The notes beneath the pieces were generated by a model. The model had not been told where the DNA came from, did no database searches, and worked only from the letters and a program-made list of their open reading frames with translations. Shown in pieces: positions 1-12,209 of a DNA stretch of 64,000 bases. The DNA comes from Azolla caroliniana (lineage: Eukaryota; Plantae; Polypodiophyta), in the NCBI GenBank assembly GCA_043228905.1, contig JBHGNT010000010.1:3348001-3412000 (forward strand), read 5' to 3'. A program made the position numbers and the translations under genes. Each line of letters opens with the position of its first letter. Positions within the stretch are counted from its first letter, which is position 1.

Positions 1-160
1 TCTTGTTCATTCTCTAGCTACACAATGACCAAAATCTTCCCGAGTTATTTCTTGCTATTTGCCGAACTCCTTAACAAATCCAAGCTCCTTTCATGTATCC
101 ATCCAACCGAGACACTTATGTCTTATTCTTCATCTTTTCTTTTTGTTTTTCTTTTTTCGT

Positions 161-900
161 AAATCAATGTTTTGTTATTAAAACAAGATGATAATACAAC
201 CCTTGCTATGTTCACTACATCATGAGTAGTGATAATGCATGGGAAACCCTCTCAAGTGTTGCAAAACTAGATTGCATACCTCTATCTCCTCTCAAGACAA
301 TGTCCCCAGACAACATAGTTGCGAAAATTGCCACATCAATTTCCCTTTCATCCTACGGAGTTGTTGTGTTACCCCATGAAGTCCATCAAACAAGAACCCA
401 TTTCTCATGGTCCAATTAAACCACACCCCCCAATACCTAAGGTAGTCAAACACGACCTTATATGATAGTGCAGGCATGCCTTTATCATCATCAATAAAAA
501 CCCAGTTAAAAGGTGACAAAATATTGCCTGTTATCGATGCCCAAAGTTGTGATATAACAACCTAAATGTCTTTAGCAACCGGACATGTAATGAACCTGTA
601 TCTGGCATCTTCCTCAATCATTGTGCAAAGGCAACCCCCCCATTTGAAATATTTCGACGTTTTAAAGCCATCGCCAAAGGCAACCCACCAACAATCAGAC
701 GCCAAAGAAACACCTGCACAGAACAGAAGATGAGACAACCATCCTGCATCCAGAACTCTACTCCACCACTTTGCATGTCGAGTAATGTACCATGTGTTTA
801 CAACCTTTGTTGCTAACCAAGCTCTATCTTCAACCAACTTATGGTATACATCATTAGTGTTCACCACAAAAATTGATTGTCCAATACCAAACGACCAATC
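161..900 (-). mobile_element. Degraded 3' fragment of an L1-type LINE (zf-RVT/C-terminal ORF2 region), copy 1
   Basis: Minus-strand ORFs 562-867 and 292-519 give CCLCTMIEEDARYRFITCPVAK...W, a decayed C-x2-C...E-D-x-x-H-x-F-x-x-C LINE C-terminal zinc finger. A T-rich tract at ~131-158 could be a poly(A) remnant. Homologous to 919-1518. Confidence 0.6.
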
Positions 901-918
901 TTCATCTCTCTCTCTCTT

Positions 919-1518
919 AAATCAATGTTTGTCTTTCAACAAGATGATAATACAACCCTTGCTATCTTCACTACTTCATAAATAGTGATAGTGCAAGGGA
1001 AACCCTCTCAAGTGTTGTAAAACTAGGTGACATAAGTTTATCTCCTCTTGGGACAACGTCCCCATACAACATACTTGTGAAAATTGTCAAATCAACTTCC
1101 CTTTCATCCTATGGAGTTGTTGTGTCACTCCATGAAGTTCATCAAACAAGAACCCATTTCTCATGGTCCAATCAAACCACATGCCCTAATATCGAAGGTA
1201 GTCAAACACAACCTTATATGATGGTGTGGACATAGCTTTACCCTCATCAATAAAAACCCACTTATAAGGTGACAAAATATTTCCTGTTATCGATGCCCAA
1301 ATTTGTGATCTAATCACCCAAGTGGCTTTAGCAACCAGACATGTAATGAACCTATGTTTGGCATCATCTTCAACCACCGTACATAAAAAACATGTCCCAT
1401 TCAAAATATATCTTCGTTTTAAGGCCATCGCCAAAGGCAACCCACCAACTATCGCACACCAAAGAAACATATTTGCACAAAATGGAAGATGAGATTGCCA
1501 TCTTGCATCTAAAACTCT
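919..1518 (-). mobile_element. Degraded 3' fragment of the same L1-type LINE, copy 2, flanked by (CT)n
   Basis: Aligns colinearly with 161-760 at an offset of ~758 bp (e.g. AACAAGATGATAATACAACCCTTGCT). ORF 1186-1569 gives CFLCTVVEDDAKHRFITCLVAKATW. (CT)n lies on both sides (905-918, 1516-1535). Confidence 0.6.
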
Positions 1519-2394
1519 CTCTCTCTCTCTCTCTCTAACTTGGGCTTGATGTTCCCCCCAATCCACCATGGAATGAATACGTTACTACACCCTCCCCCCA
1601 CGTAGAAGCAAGAGTGACAACTTAATATGTATCGGAGAACATATCTAATGATAGAGAAACTAAATGTTGGGTTCTCAAGGAATACCTCTTTGACACATAT
1701 GTAACATTGGTGCTTCTCTACTGGGTTGTGGTTTGAATGATAACATCCCTAAGTCTACTTGGAAAGATTTAAAAAGTGTCCAAAAGCTCTTTCATTAGAA
1801 GTTTCTTCAAGTCAAACCATAAACTCCATACATGGACTTACTACTTGAGATTGGATCAATTTCCATTGAGATCATGTCCATGAAAGGGTTACCAAATACA
1901 TGATTACTCTCACATCAACTTCCTAGGATTGCATGGGAACAAGCAAAAATATTCAAAACACGCAAAAGTAAAGCGTTGGGTTTTGAATGGATGCATTATA
2001 TGAATAAATTGTTTGGAAAATTGGATGTATCACATTTGCTTCATGATACATCATTATATTCCTTTGTGGACGAGGCTTGTTTGCAATGCCAATGTATGCA
2101 ACTTGGGAAAGATGTGGAGGCTTATGTTTCACACATGATATCATGAATGTTGCACCAAACTACAAAATAATGTTTTTCTCCAAATGCGTAAAACTAAGCT
2201 TATATATACATGCTAGAGCCCATCCTTTGGTTGGCATCTATTATTCACGATAATCTGTGTGTGCACTTGAAACATGCGAGGGAAAACAAAATTAGGTGGC
2301 ATTGTTTATGAAGGTTTTGTAGGAATCTAGCGGATATGTTGGCACATGGTTGTGCTTTTGAGGAGTGCATTATATTGAATGCATGGGCAAAAAA

Positions 2395-2810
2395 TGTGTG
2401 TACTCTTGTATGTGTAAGGTGATTGAAAGTATATCTTAGTTTGTATGTGTATGCGCCCCTATATTTAATGCATGCATTTGTAGTAAGTTTGCATATGTGT
2501 GTAATTTACATGTGTATACTAGTGTATGATTTGATGTATGTTTGTGTGTATGAGAGCATGGTTTGAAAATGCATATGAATTTGAATTTGTATGCACTTAT
2601 AGTCATAAATAAGTGTCTATTTGTAAATGTAGTTGTGCAAAGTGTGTGAATATGTGCATGTGTATCTCATCGTCTATATATGTATGAGATTGTGTATGCA
2701 TAATTGTATATGTATTTGCTAAAATGTGTGTGAGGACTTACACATAAATGTAAATAATGCACAAGTTTTGTGTTTGTGTGCACTCTTGTATGCATGTAAG
2801 TACATAATGG
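2395..2810. repeat. TG/TA-rich low-complexity tract
   Basis: Degenerate TGTG/TATG/ATGC motifs with no ORF. Confidence 0.55.
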
Positions 2811-2959
2811 TATTTGGGCCTATATGTTGTGGGAGAAAGAAGCCCAAAATTTCACAATTTGTTTTACAATATTTGAATCTTTTTTACATAGTGTGAGAAC
2901 AAATCACGATAAGAAGGATTTTTGGGGGGTATCCCTTGTGTTTCGGCATGGCAAGTCCA

Positions 2960-3063
2960 TGGCCAACAATAACATCGTCTTGGTTTTCTAAGCAACATAA
3001 TCGAGATGCGGTGTCTTACAACGCAATAATTTCCGGGTATGTGCGGAATAATAAAGGTTTTTC
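2960..3063 (+). pseudogene. PLS-class PPR pseudogene, 5' part (interrupted by the L1 insertion)
   Basis: Reads FSKQHNRDAVSYNAIISGYVRNNKGFS, the start of a PPR motif. It continues after the LINE at 10180 as KGFSALH. Confidence 0.65.
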
Positions 3064-3067
3064 GGTG

Positions 3068-4516
3068 ATGAAAAATATGAAGAGCGCAGTGACGACTGTC
3101 GAACAGGTCGCGGATGGAGCAAACAACGTTGCCACTGCGAGAGGATCGAACAACACGAATAATAGGTCGACTACAGAACAACTGCATACACCATTCTCGG
3201 CTGGCTTGTACACGCGAGCAGGGGAGTCCAATGCACCCCCCCAAAAGTCGCCTCATCTGAGTGATGAGTCAGTCAACCTTCTGCTGTCAGAGGAGGATAA
3301 ATTCATTGTACTGGGAGAAGTTCATAGGCTGCAGATGGTCTCCTTGGTAGCGCAAGTCCAAGGTTCGCGGCCAAATAGATCGGAACTCCGACATATCTTA
3401 TATGTTGCTTTTGCAGAGGAAGTGGCTAACATCCTCGACATTCAATTTATGTCAAGAGGATGTTATCATGTGGAATTCGCAGATGAAGTTTCCGTTAGCA
3501 AATTATTAGTAATTAAGGAGGCAAGTGTGGAAGGTGCATGGATTTCTTTTCATAAATGGTCACATAATGTTAAGGTAGATGAGATTTTGTAGGATCAGGA
3601 ATCTAGTATGATTTTTACGGCGATATTCCCCGGTTTGAGGAAAGACTGGAGGAACGTTCTTCCTCACATTGGGGCTTTGTTAGGAAAAGTCATTGCTATG
3701 TGTGATGGACAAACTTCTGGGTTAGATAGAGTGGGTGGAGTTCCAGCTGTTAGGGTGATCGCCCCAAGAAGTGTTTGTTTGCCAACAATGATTTCTTTTC
3801 CTAATTTGCTGACCAATAAACCTCTGGTTATGCAAAATGTGTATTATCAAGGTTTGCCTAATCAATGTTTTGTGTGTCATCAGTTTGGTCATTTAGGTCG
3901 AGAGTGTCAGAAGCAACGACCAAATGTTGAATCCAATCCACCTCCGCGATCAGTGGCTAATAATGATGGCTGGTTTTCAGTTTCTACAAAACATATTTTC
4001 AAACCGACGAATACATTGGTTGACCCATTGTTATTACTCGAAGCTAACCCTTATCATTCGTTGCAGGAAATGGAAAAGGATGTCAATAGTAAGAAAGTGG
4101 ATTCTACAAAGGAACAACGGGTGGAACAGAAGTCGCAAGACATCCTTTTACAGGTACAAGAGTTGGAACATGTTACAAAGGTTAATAAGCAATCTAATAA
4201 GGGTAAACAAATTGTTTTCGGTCAAGTACAACAGATTGATATGTCCTTAGTTGTGAATGATGTTAAACAAAATGAAGGGATCAAGGTAGATTTTGTAAAT
4301 GTTGACATGGATAGTGAGAATATAGGTGATTTCACTTCTGTTGTTAGGTCTTCGGATAGGGTAGATAAACATATGCCAGTGCGTTCACATAAGGTCATTG
4401 GGAAAGACCTTTGGGCTAATAAGAGACAATTACGAGCATTGGAGGATGGAAGGAAGGGGAGAGATGTCGCACTTGCTGAAAGGAGAATAGGGGGAAAAAT
4501 TATGATCGATGGATAG
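3068..4516 (+). pseudogene. L1 ORF1 (DUF4283-like region plus CCHC zinc knuckle), one in-frame stop at 3590-3592
   Basis: ORFs 2936-3592 and 3608-4516 are in the same frame; motif YQGLPNQCFVCHQFGHLGREC. Confidence 0.8.
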
Positions 4517-7500
4517 ATTAAATATTATTTCATGGAATGTATGGGGCTTAGGAGGCAAAAATTGTCGTAAAGTAAGGAGTGTTTTCCGCCAGCATCTGAG
4601 AAAGTCTTTGGTAGGTAGGATTGATATTCTTCTTATTCAAGAGCATCATTTAAATGAGCAAAGGATTCAAAAATATGGAAATATGATGCCAGGCAAGTGG
4701 AGACAGTTCTGGGTGCCTGCAATTGCTGATAATTGTTTGAAAGCGGGACTTTGCATTGTGTTAAATGATTCTTGGTTGGGATCCTTCTTACATTATTGAG
4801 TCTTAACATGTGGTCAAGGTCAATACGTAATTCTCCAAATAGGATTGAAAAAGTGGGGTCTCATGAATATTTATGCATCGAACCATGCAAGAGATCGAGC
4901 GATATTATGGAAAAACATACTTTCACAGGTACCTAGTGTGGACCATTGGGCGATTGCGGATGATTTCAATATGTTGGAGGATGTGAGTGATAGGTTAGGA
5001 GGCATACCACATACAATATCTGGTTCAGAATTATATGAGTGGGAACATTTGATTTTTTCCTTGGGATTAATGGACTTGTGGCAAGTGTCTTCTTTTGTAA
5101 AGATGCAAGGTTCTTTAGCTTATTCAAGATTAGATAGAAAAGAGTCAAATACTAATTTGTCTAGGCTGGATAGGTTCTATGCTAATAAATTTTTATGGGA
5201 CAAAGGAGGGTTCATTGGAATTCTTCCTTCATTCTCCTTTTCGGATCATGCACCACTTCGTTTAACTATAATCTTGCACAACTAGTCTAAAACTTCGAGA
5301 TTTAGAATTCCAATCCATGTGATTCTTAACCAAGATTGGGCTTATAATCTGTACAATCTATGGAATAAATATGATTACTCTAATGATTTTGCTTTACCTA
5401 GTGTCCAGAAGGCTATTATTGAAGTACAACAATTCTTTCATGGTAAGGCTAAACAAGTATTTCATGCATCTTTTACTAAAATAGGAAGACTTCATAGGGG
5501 ATTGCGGTCCTTGCAACATCTTCAAGAGAGAAGGCCATATTCGACTTATATAAGCTCTAGAGTGATACAAGTAGGGAATCAGATTTTGGATTTACAAAAG
5601 GTTTCAGCTGATTTTACTTATTATAATATACTTTCTGAATGGGCAAAGTTAGGAGATAAAGTGAATAAACCATTCTTTGCAATGCATAATCATCATAAGC
5701 CGAATGGCACGATTTCTTGTTTAAAATGTCATGATGGCTCTTATACCACTGATAAACCCTAAACCCTAAACTTTGAATGCGGCAAAGACCTTAGCAAAGG
5801 ATGTTTGTCCTAGATTAGATGGGTTGGGGGTTCAATGGTATATAAAGTATTGGGATCTGATAGGTGAGGGACTGACCAAAGCTTATCAAAAAAATTTAGA
5901 TTCTGAAAATATGCCACAAGATTGGAATGAGGGGTTAATATATATGATTCCCAAATCAAGTGGCCGATTAGAGGAGCTTCAAAATTGGAGACCAATTACT
6001 TTGTTGAATGTTATCTATAAGATTTTAGCAAAAACGATAGCTAGATGTCTACAACCTTACCATTCTAAGTTAATTCATGCTTCCCAAATTGGTTTTATGC
6101 AAGAATGGAGTATTTTTTATAATATTATTCTTTTTTGGGAAATGGTTGCCTTCGTTGAAATACATAAGCAAGATTTGGCAGTGTTATTTCTTGATTTAGA
6201 GAAAGCTTATGACAGAGTGGATTGGGATTTTATGGAGGGTACTTTGCTCAGGATGGGTTTTCCAAACAGATGGATCCGAGGAGTTTCAGCACTATACCGT
6301 AATGCACAAAACTCTCTTTTATTTGCAGGGGATGTTGGTAGGCGTTTCTCGATTTCAAGATCTGTAAGACAGGGATGTCCACCTGCTCCTTTTCTGTTTC
6401 TATTAGTTTTTGAAGTGTTTTCTATACATTTAAATTCTCATAATGTAAATATTAAAGGTATAGCACTACCATTTGCAGATGTTAGAGTGGATAGTGAGTT
6501 TGCTTATGATACAACTCTCTATGTTCAAGCCTCACAAGTTAATTTGTTGCAGGTTCAAAAAGTTGTGGATGACTTCTCACAGGCATCGGGTGCATTGATT
6601 AATTGGGATAAATCATCAGGTTTTTGGGTAGTTGAGGGAGATCCGCCAATTAATGTATTTAGTTCAGGATTTACATGGATACATATAGGTCATTCTATTA
6701 GGTATCTAGGTTGTAGAGTGGGTTTGGGATTAAATACAGAAGATATGATAACGCCTTTGTTGGTAAGATTAAGAAATAAGTTAATATACTGGAATTAGGA
6801 AAAGTTGTCCTTAACAGGACGTGTAGTTGTTGCAAATTCGGTGCTTTTATCCTCAAATTGGTATATTGCCTCTACATGGTTGTTTTCTAGGTCAGTAATG
6901 CTTAAAGTTCAACGTCTAGTACAAAATTTTATTTGGGGGAATGCTACTTCACATACTACTGTAGCAAAGGTCGCTTGGTCGGTTCTTATATAGTCTAAAC
7001 AGAAAGGAGGTTTAGGTTTGATTGATCCCTTAAAGCAAAGTAAGGCATTACTGGCTAAACATGTTGTTAGAAGTTTATTGCCTGGAGAGGAGTTATGGAA
7101 AAAGTTATGGATTCTTCGTTTACATAAGTTTAAGTCATCGATAGGTGGTCAATGGAGGGATAGTCTTAGATGGTTCCTTAATTCGGATTTTTCTTTACCT
7201 AAGTCATCTATTGGGTCTTTATGGTTCTTTAATGGGATTAGTCATGCATGGGAAAGTATTCGTCAAGCACTTGTTTTCTTGTCACCAAAAACTCGCTCTC
7301 AATTCATGCGTCAACCATTGTTATGGAATCCTTTATTTACTGATGAAGTTGCATGTGTCTTGGGTTTATGGCCTAGGTTATCTTGGGCGGCATTGGATAG
7401 TGTCCCCGCCCGCACGGTTGCGGAGTGGATAAAGTTTTCGGAGACTTCAATGCAAGACCAGAGGAATAGGTTGTCTAATTTAAGAGGGGCAAATATTATG

Positions 7501-8733
7501 TTCTCGGAAGTGTCCAAGGTATTTCAAGTAACAATGCCAACTATGCACTTCGACCATTTTCAAAATTGGTATGGTATGTTTTCGACTCTTAATATACTTA
7601 TAGGAGCTCGTTTATACCATCAAAATGGCAGCCTTTATTTTTATGAAGTTTTGGATAATGGTAGACTGTTTTTAGTGGAAGAGGAGGCTCCAATTATGTC
7701 TTCTGCAAATCAGTTACCAGTGTGAGTAATTGCTCGATTAGATAAAAAGATATTTATAGATCCTAATCCTTTAATTGCTAAATATTCATCTAATATTTGG
7801 GTTTTACAAGCGAAGCCAATTGTTGATCTACATTGGGATCCGTCTGATTATGGTTGGAAGTTGTCCAGATTCGACACTTCGCAAACGAAGATCCTCCCAT
7901 TCTTCACATATTTTGTGGCATTTGGAAGGAATTTTCTTTTGAATCAGATTGAATCGGTACCTGTGGGGAAAAAATATTGGGAGGAAGGTAATATGTCATC
8001 CTCGCATATGTTGAAGTTCTGGAAACAATTTTGGTCACTTAAGTGTATGAATAAGGTATTACATTTTCGTTGGTTGATGATTCATTACACCTTGCTAGTA
8101 GGAGGTTTATTGAGGGGAACAATGGCTGATAGATCATGTGTTATGTGTGGGTTTGCAGTTGAGACATTGCATCATGTTTTTTGGGAATGTGTTGTGGCCA
8201 AAAGTTTTTGGTTTTGAATTCTTAGGTTATTAGGTCGTAAGTATAGGTCAGCCATTTTCACATGGGGTGCAGTATTTTGGGGAACGTTGGATCAACAAAA
8301 ATCTTTTTACCATTATCATAATTCTTCATTGACTTTACAGGTAAAAAGTTTTCAGGTGTATTCTATTTCAACCTCCGTACCGGGAATTAAGTTCTTCTCG
8401 CGATGTTATGTTTGGCAAATTGTTTCCTCTTTGGCCCTATGGGTTTTGTGGAAAGCGAGATGTTCCAAACTATACAACGATAAAAAAATTCATGTTGTGG
8501 ATCAGGTTAAGACCTTTTGGGAGTTATTGATACATGCAGTAAAAGGTGAGTATGATAGTTATAAGGGTTATGGAAATAAAGTTAACCGGAAAAGAAGAAG
8601 AATTCGTAGAATTTGGGCAGCTATTCCTATTTTGTTGGATGCAGGCGATGATGTAAAGAGGAATTATGTTCCACCTCGTTGGTTGTTTCCACCACCAACG
8701 TCGTTCTTAGTGCATACAACATGGCAAGGATGA
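4509..8733 (+). pseudogene. L1 ORF2 (APE endonuclease, reverse transcriptase, zf-RVT), multiple stops, frameshifts and a deletion
   Basis: IISWNVWGL, LIQE, DFN, SRLDRFY and SDH (APE); WRPITLLN, LDLEKAYDRV, SVRQGCP, FAYDTT (decayed FADD) and YLG (RT); CVMCGFAVETLHHVFWEC (zf-RVT). Confidence 0.9.
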
Positions 8734-9161
8734 CTAAGGATGTTGTTGACGGTCGAAGCAAAAGTTCATGAGGGCAGTTCATTCATTTTGTTTGTTGTCG
8801 ATACAAGAATTGGTGAAAATGGCAAGAGGGTTGTTGTGGAAGCAGATTTAGGTATTATAATTTCTAGAACGATGAGTGAAGACGGCGACGGAGGCAAATA
8901 CAAATTTTCATCATGGTCCGAGGAATGTATATATACAGAATTTGAGTGATGAATGGCAAGATGGTTGTAGTGGAAAATGAAGTTGATCTATTTTGAAAGG
9001 ATGAGTGAAGATGGTAGCGGAGGTGGAAGCAAGGTTTCATGAGAGGTTGAGGAGAGTGGATTCATTCTGGTTTTTGTAGGTACAGGACTCGGGTGCTGAA
9101 TAGCAGGATGCTTGTAGTGGAAACTGAAGCTAATTTAATATTGTTGATTTCGGCTTAATTC

Positions 9162-9410
9162 GAATATGTGGTAATAAGATGGTACAGATAACCACAATTG
9201 CTTCTAAATGCGAGAGCTTATAGTGCAATTGTGGACATTTGGTTGGCTGCACCCCTTTTTCCTAGCAAAGATTGTGTACATCAGTTCAGCTCAATCACAG
9301 AGTTGTTGGGTACTCCAACAGATGCTGAACTTGGCTATATACAAAGTGAGAATGCATTGCGATACATTAGAGAACTACCGAGACATCACAAACACCACTT
9401 TTCGTCCCTT
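9162..9410 (+). pseudogene. MAP kinase (TEY-type MPK) gene fragment within the LINE 3' region
   Basis: Reads EYVVIRWYR*PQLLLNARAYSAIVDIW...PLFPSKDCVHQFSSITELLGTPTDAELGYIQSENALRYIRELP, matching plant MAPK subdomains VIII-X (TEYVVTRWYRAPELLLN...PLFPG.D.VHQL.LI.EL.G.P). Confidence 0.8.
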
Positions 9411-9429
9411 ATATAATAATCAAAAGAGA

Positions 9430-9910
9430 CGATTTGTCCATGGATGTGAATATTAGAGTTTTCTGCATGCATTTTGAAATCTTGTGGGTGCATTAGATCC
9501 ACAAACAAGGGCGAGGAGATACATTTCAATGCTGAGAGGAAAGAGCTTTTCTAAAAAAGCCAACTTGTTGGAAATGCACTAGTAGATATGATGTGAAAAG
9601 CGTTGGAAATGTGGCATGAGCAAAAGGTAGTGTTTGACAAAATTCCTATAGGTGATACACTAACATGGAATACATTGTTTACAGGTTATGTGCACTGGGA
9701 GCTTCAAGAGCAGATTCTTAATGCTTTTGAGCTGATGCAACAGAAGAGAATCTCTCTTCTAATTCTGTCACATTGCAGGATATGGCCAAGTTGGAGGAAC
9801 TAAAAGTGTTGTTCCTATATTTGACTAGATGAGAAGACATGGAGTTTTAGCAAATCCTGTTGGAAATGCTTGTAGTCATACAACCATGGTAGATAAAAAA
9901 TATATTGTGA
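9430..9910 (+). pseudogene. Decayed PLS-class PPR fragment within the LINE 3' region
   Basis: Reads ACILKSCGCIRSTNKGEEIH...LVGNALVDM and KVVFDKIPIGDTLTWNTLFTGYVH; frameshifted. Confidence 0.7.
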
Positions 9911-10182
9911 AGCCATGGTGATGAGCGTTTATTTTATATGTTGATCAACATGCGAGAATGGAAGAAGATGGATGAACATTGGGTCTTAGCCAATGATCAC
10001 ATGAGATGGGAAAAAGAGTCATGTATGTGTGTCCACTGCTCTTTGTAGTCTTCTACTTTGAGTTTCTGAGTTTTTTATTGGCCTATCATGGCCACAACTT
10101 TTATGATGTTGTCAGACTAATCATTTTCTCATGTATGTAGAATTTATACTAATGAAGAATATTGTTTTGGAAAAAAAAAAAA

Positions 10183-10525
10183 GGTTTTTCAGCTTTGCAC
10201 AACCATGATGTATGATATGTGCATGTATTTTAGATGTGAAAACTTGGAAGAAACATTCATAGTCTTTTCTAGGCAACATAATCGAGATGTGGTGTCTTAC
10301 AACGCAATGATTTCTGGGTATGTGCGGAATAATAAAGGTTTTTCACCTTTGAAACGTTTGAGCAACAAATATGTGTAGGTGGTTCACCTTATTGATAGTA
10401 TGTAGATGCTTTGGCAATATAGATAGGGGGGAATTGTGCTCGAATGAAGCTTTTTGAATTTAGATCCTGATACAATAGTAGGATATGCACTAATGTCAAG
10501 CATGTATGCTGAAAGTCACATAGTG
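10183..10525 (+). pseudogene. PLS-class PPR pseudogene, 3' part with E-domain remnant
   Basis: HNRDVVSYNAMISGYVRNNKGFS at 10270-10345 and LDPDTIVGYALMSSMYAE (E motif) at ~10455-10515. Confidence 0.65.
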
Positions 10526-11803
10526 GAGGCTATATTTCTCCCAATCATCTCTCATTTTGGTAAAATAAGTGGATTGTATTTTGTAGATGATATGCTTTTT
10601 AAAACTGATGGAAGGATATCTTGTTTAGAAGAAAAAAAACATCGTCTTGGTTTTCACGTGCGTCCTCATGATTTGCTACCTTGTGATTCTATTTGTTAGC
10701 AAGTGTGGGCGTTTGAATCCTGAAACTAACAAACCTGAGAACATATTGCCTTGTTCATTATATAACTTTTAGGAGCTCTATTATAGGATAAAAATACTAC
10801 TAGATCTTTTTAATTTTAGTTTGAGCGTGCACTTGTCCTTATACTTGAGGGTCCCTTCTATTCTCGTGAGTATTATCTTTAGGACCTATAGTGTCTTCTT
10901 CCTATCTCTTTCATGAGAACATCCCACACACTTCTCTTCGTCTCATTTTTTGTCTCTTTCTAAACAATGGTGTGATTTGAGTTTGGGGCATCAAGGATAT
11001 TTGGAAGGACATATATTATTCTATTCCAATGCACCCAATCATGGTCTTTCATCTCTCTATTCTCGTCACCTTTATCCTTTATGTTTTCATTCCCTTTCAC
11101 ATTATTTTCATCCTTCTCATTCTTCTTAATGCAACTTAGGCCTGAAGTTTCGATGATTGCGCTCATGTCATCAATGTCCAAGTCTTGGGTTTCAACTACA
11201 ATTCAACCTGATTTCTCACTTCTTTTATCATTGCTTTATCTATTCCTTTCTCAAATTCAAAAGCCTTAACTTCATCAATCTCTTCATGTAAGGTTTCAAC
11301 CATAGTGAGGTTTGGGTTCAAGACCTTAGAGATTGGGGTTTGTGCCTCTTTCTTCTCTTTATCCTCATAGTTAGTTATTTCATAATCACATGGCAAGAAT
11401 GTGGTGTGTGCCGCCCATTCTTCTTTAGAGTTTTTCTTTGACTTCATTTCCTCCTCATTAGTGTCTATTTTCCAGTTTATGCTAGTTTTCACCAAATTGT
11501 CCCGACATGCCTATCATTGAACCTCGTCACAAGGATTTGGCACTTCTAGATAAGTCACACATAGATGTTTTGTCATTTTTGTAGACTTTAGGACTTTAGG
11601 GGATATAACAATAGTTTAATGGGTTGTAATATTTATTGGAGTTGAAGGTTATTTTGGGAACATAAAGTTTTCCACCTTAAGAGTGTGAGTAAGTAGGGCA
11701 TTAGGGAACCATGTGTGTGTGTGTGTGTAAAAGGTGAGAGAGAGGCAAGAGGAATTGTGTGTAACATACGCCCAACATCAGCTTGTTACGTGCATGCCCA
11801 TAT

Positions 11804-12169
11804 TGTTGGGATTACGGTCCCTCCGGATGGGATGGTCAGATGTCCGGGAATCGGGAATGAAGACCCGAATGATGAAGACCCGGTTTTCGGATCCGGATGA
11901 TGAAGACCCCGGCTACGGAGCCGGATGACGAAGACCCGGTTTCGGATCCGGATGATGAAGACCCCGGCTACGGAGCCGGATGACGAATGTACCCGGAGAG
12001 AGATCCGGATGCGGGGACATATTTGTGAATATGTTTGCCAAGGGCCCTCGAGGCTATATTTGTAAATAGCCCGAAAGTCATATGTGTATGAATATGACTT
12101 AGGGCAAACAGTTTGTTTGTTGTTGCTCATTTTTCTGTTTTCCACTTAGAGGGAGCGAAGTGAGAGCAG

Positions 12170-12209
<40 letters not shown>

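Larger units (their letters stand above)
3064..10182 (+). mobile_element. Near full-length decayed L1-clade LINE with poly(A) tail and 11-bp TSD AAAGGTTTTTC
   Basis: TSD at 3053-3063 and 10180-10190; A12 tail at 10171-10182. ORF1 has a zinc knuckle; ORF2 has APE, RT and zf-RVT domains. Confidence 0.85.

Noticed and set aside
2985-3063. ~80-bp near-identical repeat (2985-3063 vs 10266-10344) as a giant TSD of the L1
   Set aside because: The second copy lies ~80 bp beyond the poly(A). The 11-bp TSD directly abuts the tail, so the 80-mer is an internal duplication in the PPR pseudogene.
10920-11803. Possible older LTR element on the minus strand hosting the Copia/Gypsy pair (TGTCCCGACA at 11498 with a PBS-like TGGTGAAAACTAG next to it; acidic ORFs 10960-11495)
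   Set aside because: The PBS match is only ~11/18, and no second LTR, TSD or recognisable domain could be found in the window.
11850-12012. Short regularly spaced repeats resembling a CRISPR array
   Set aside because: There are no unique spacers, the context is a eukaryotic LTR U3, and no cas genes are present.
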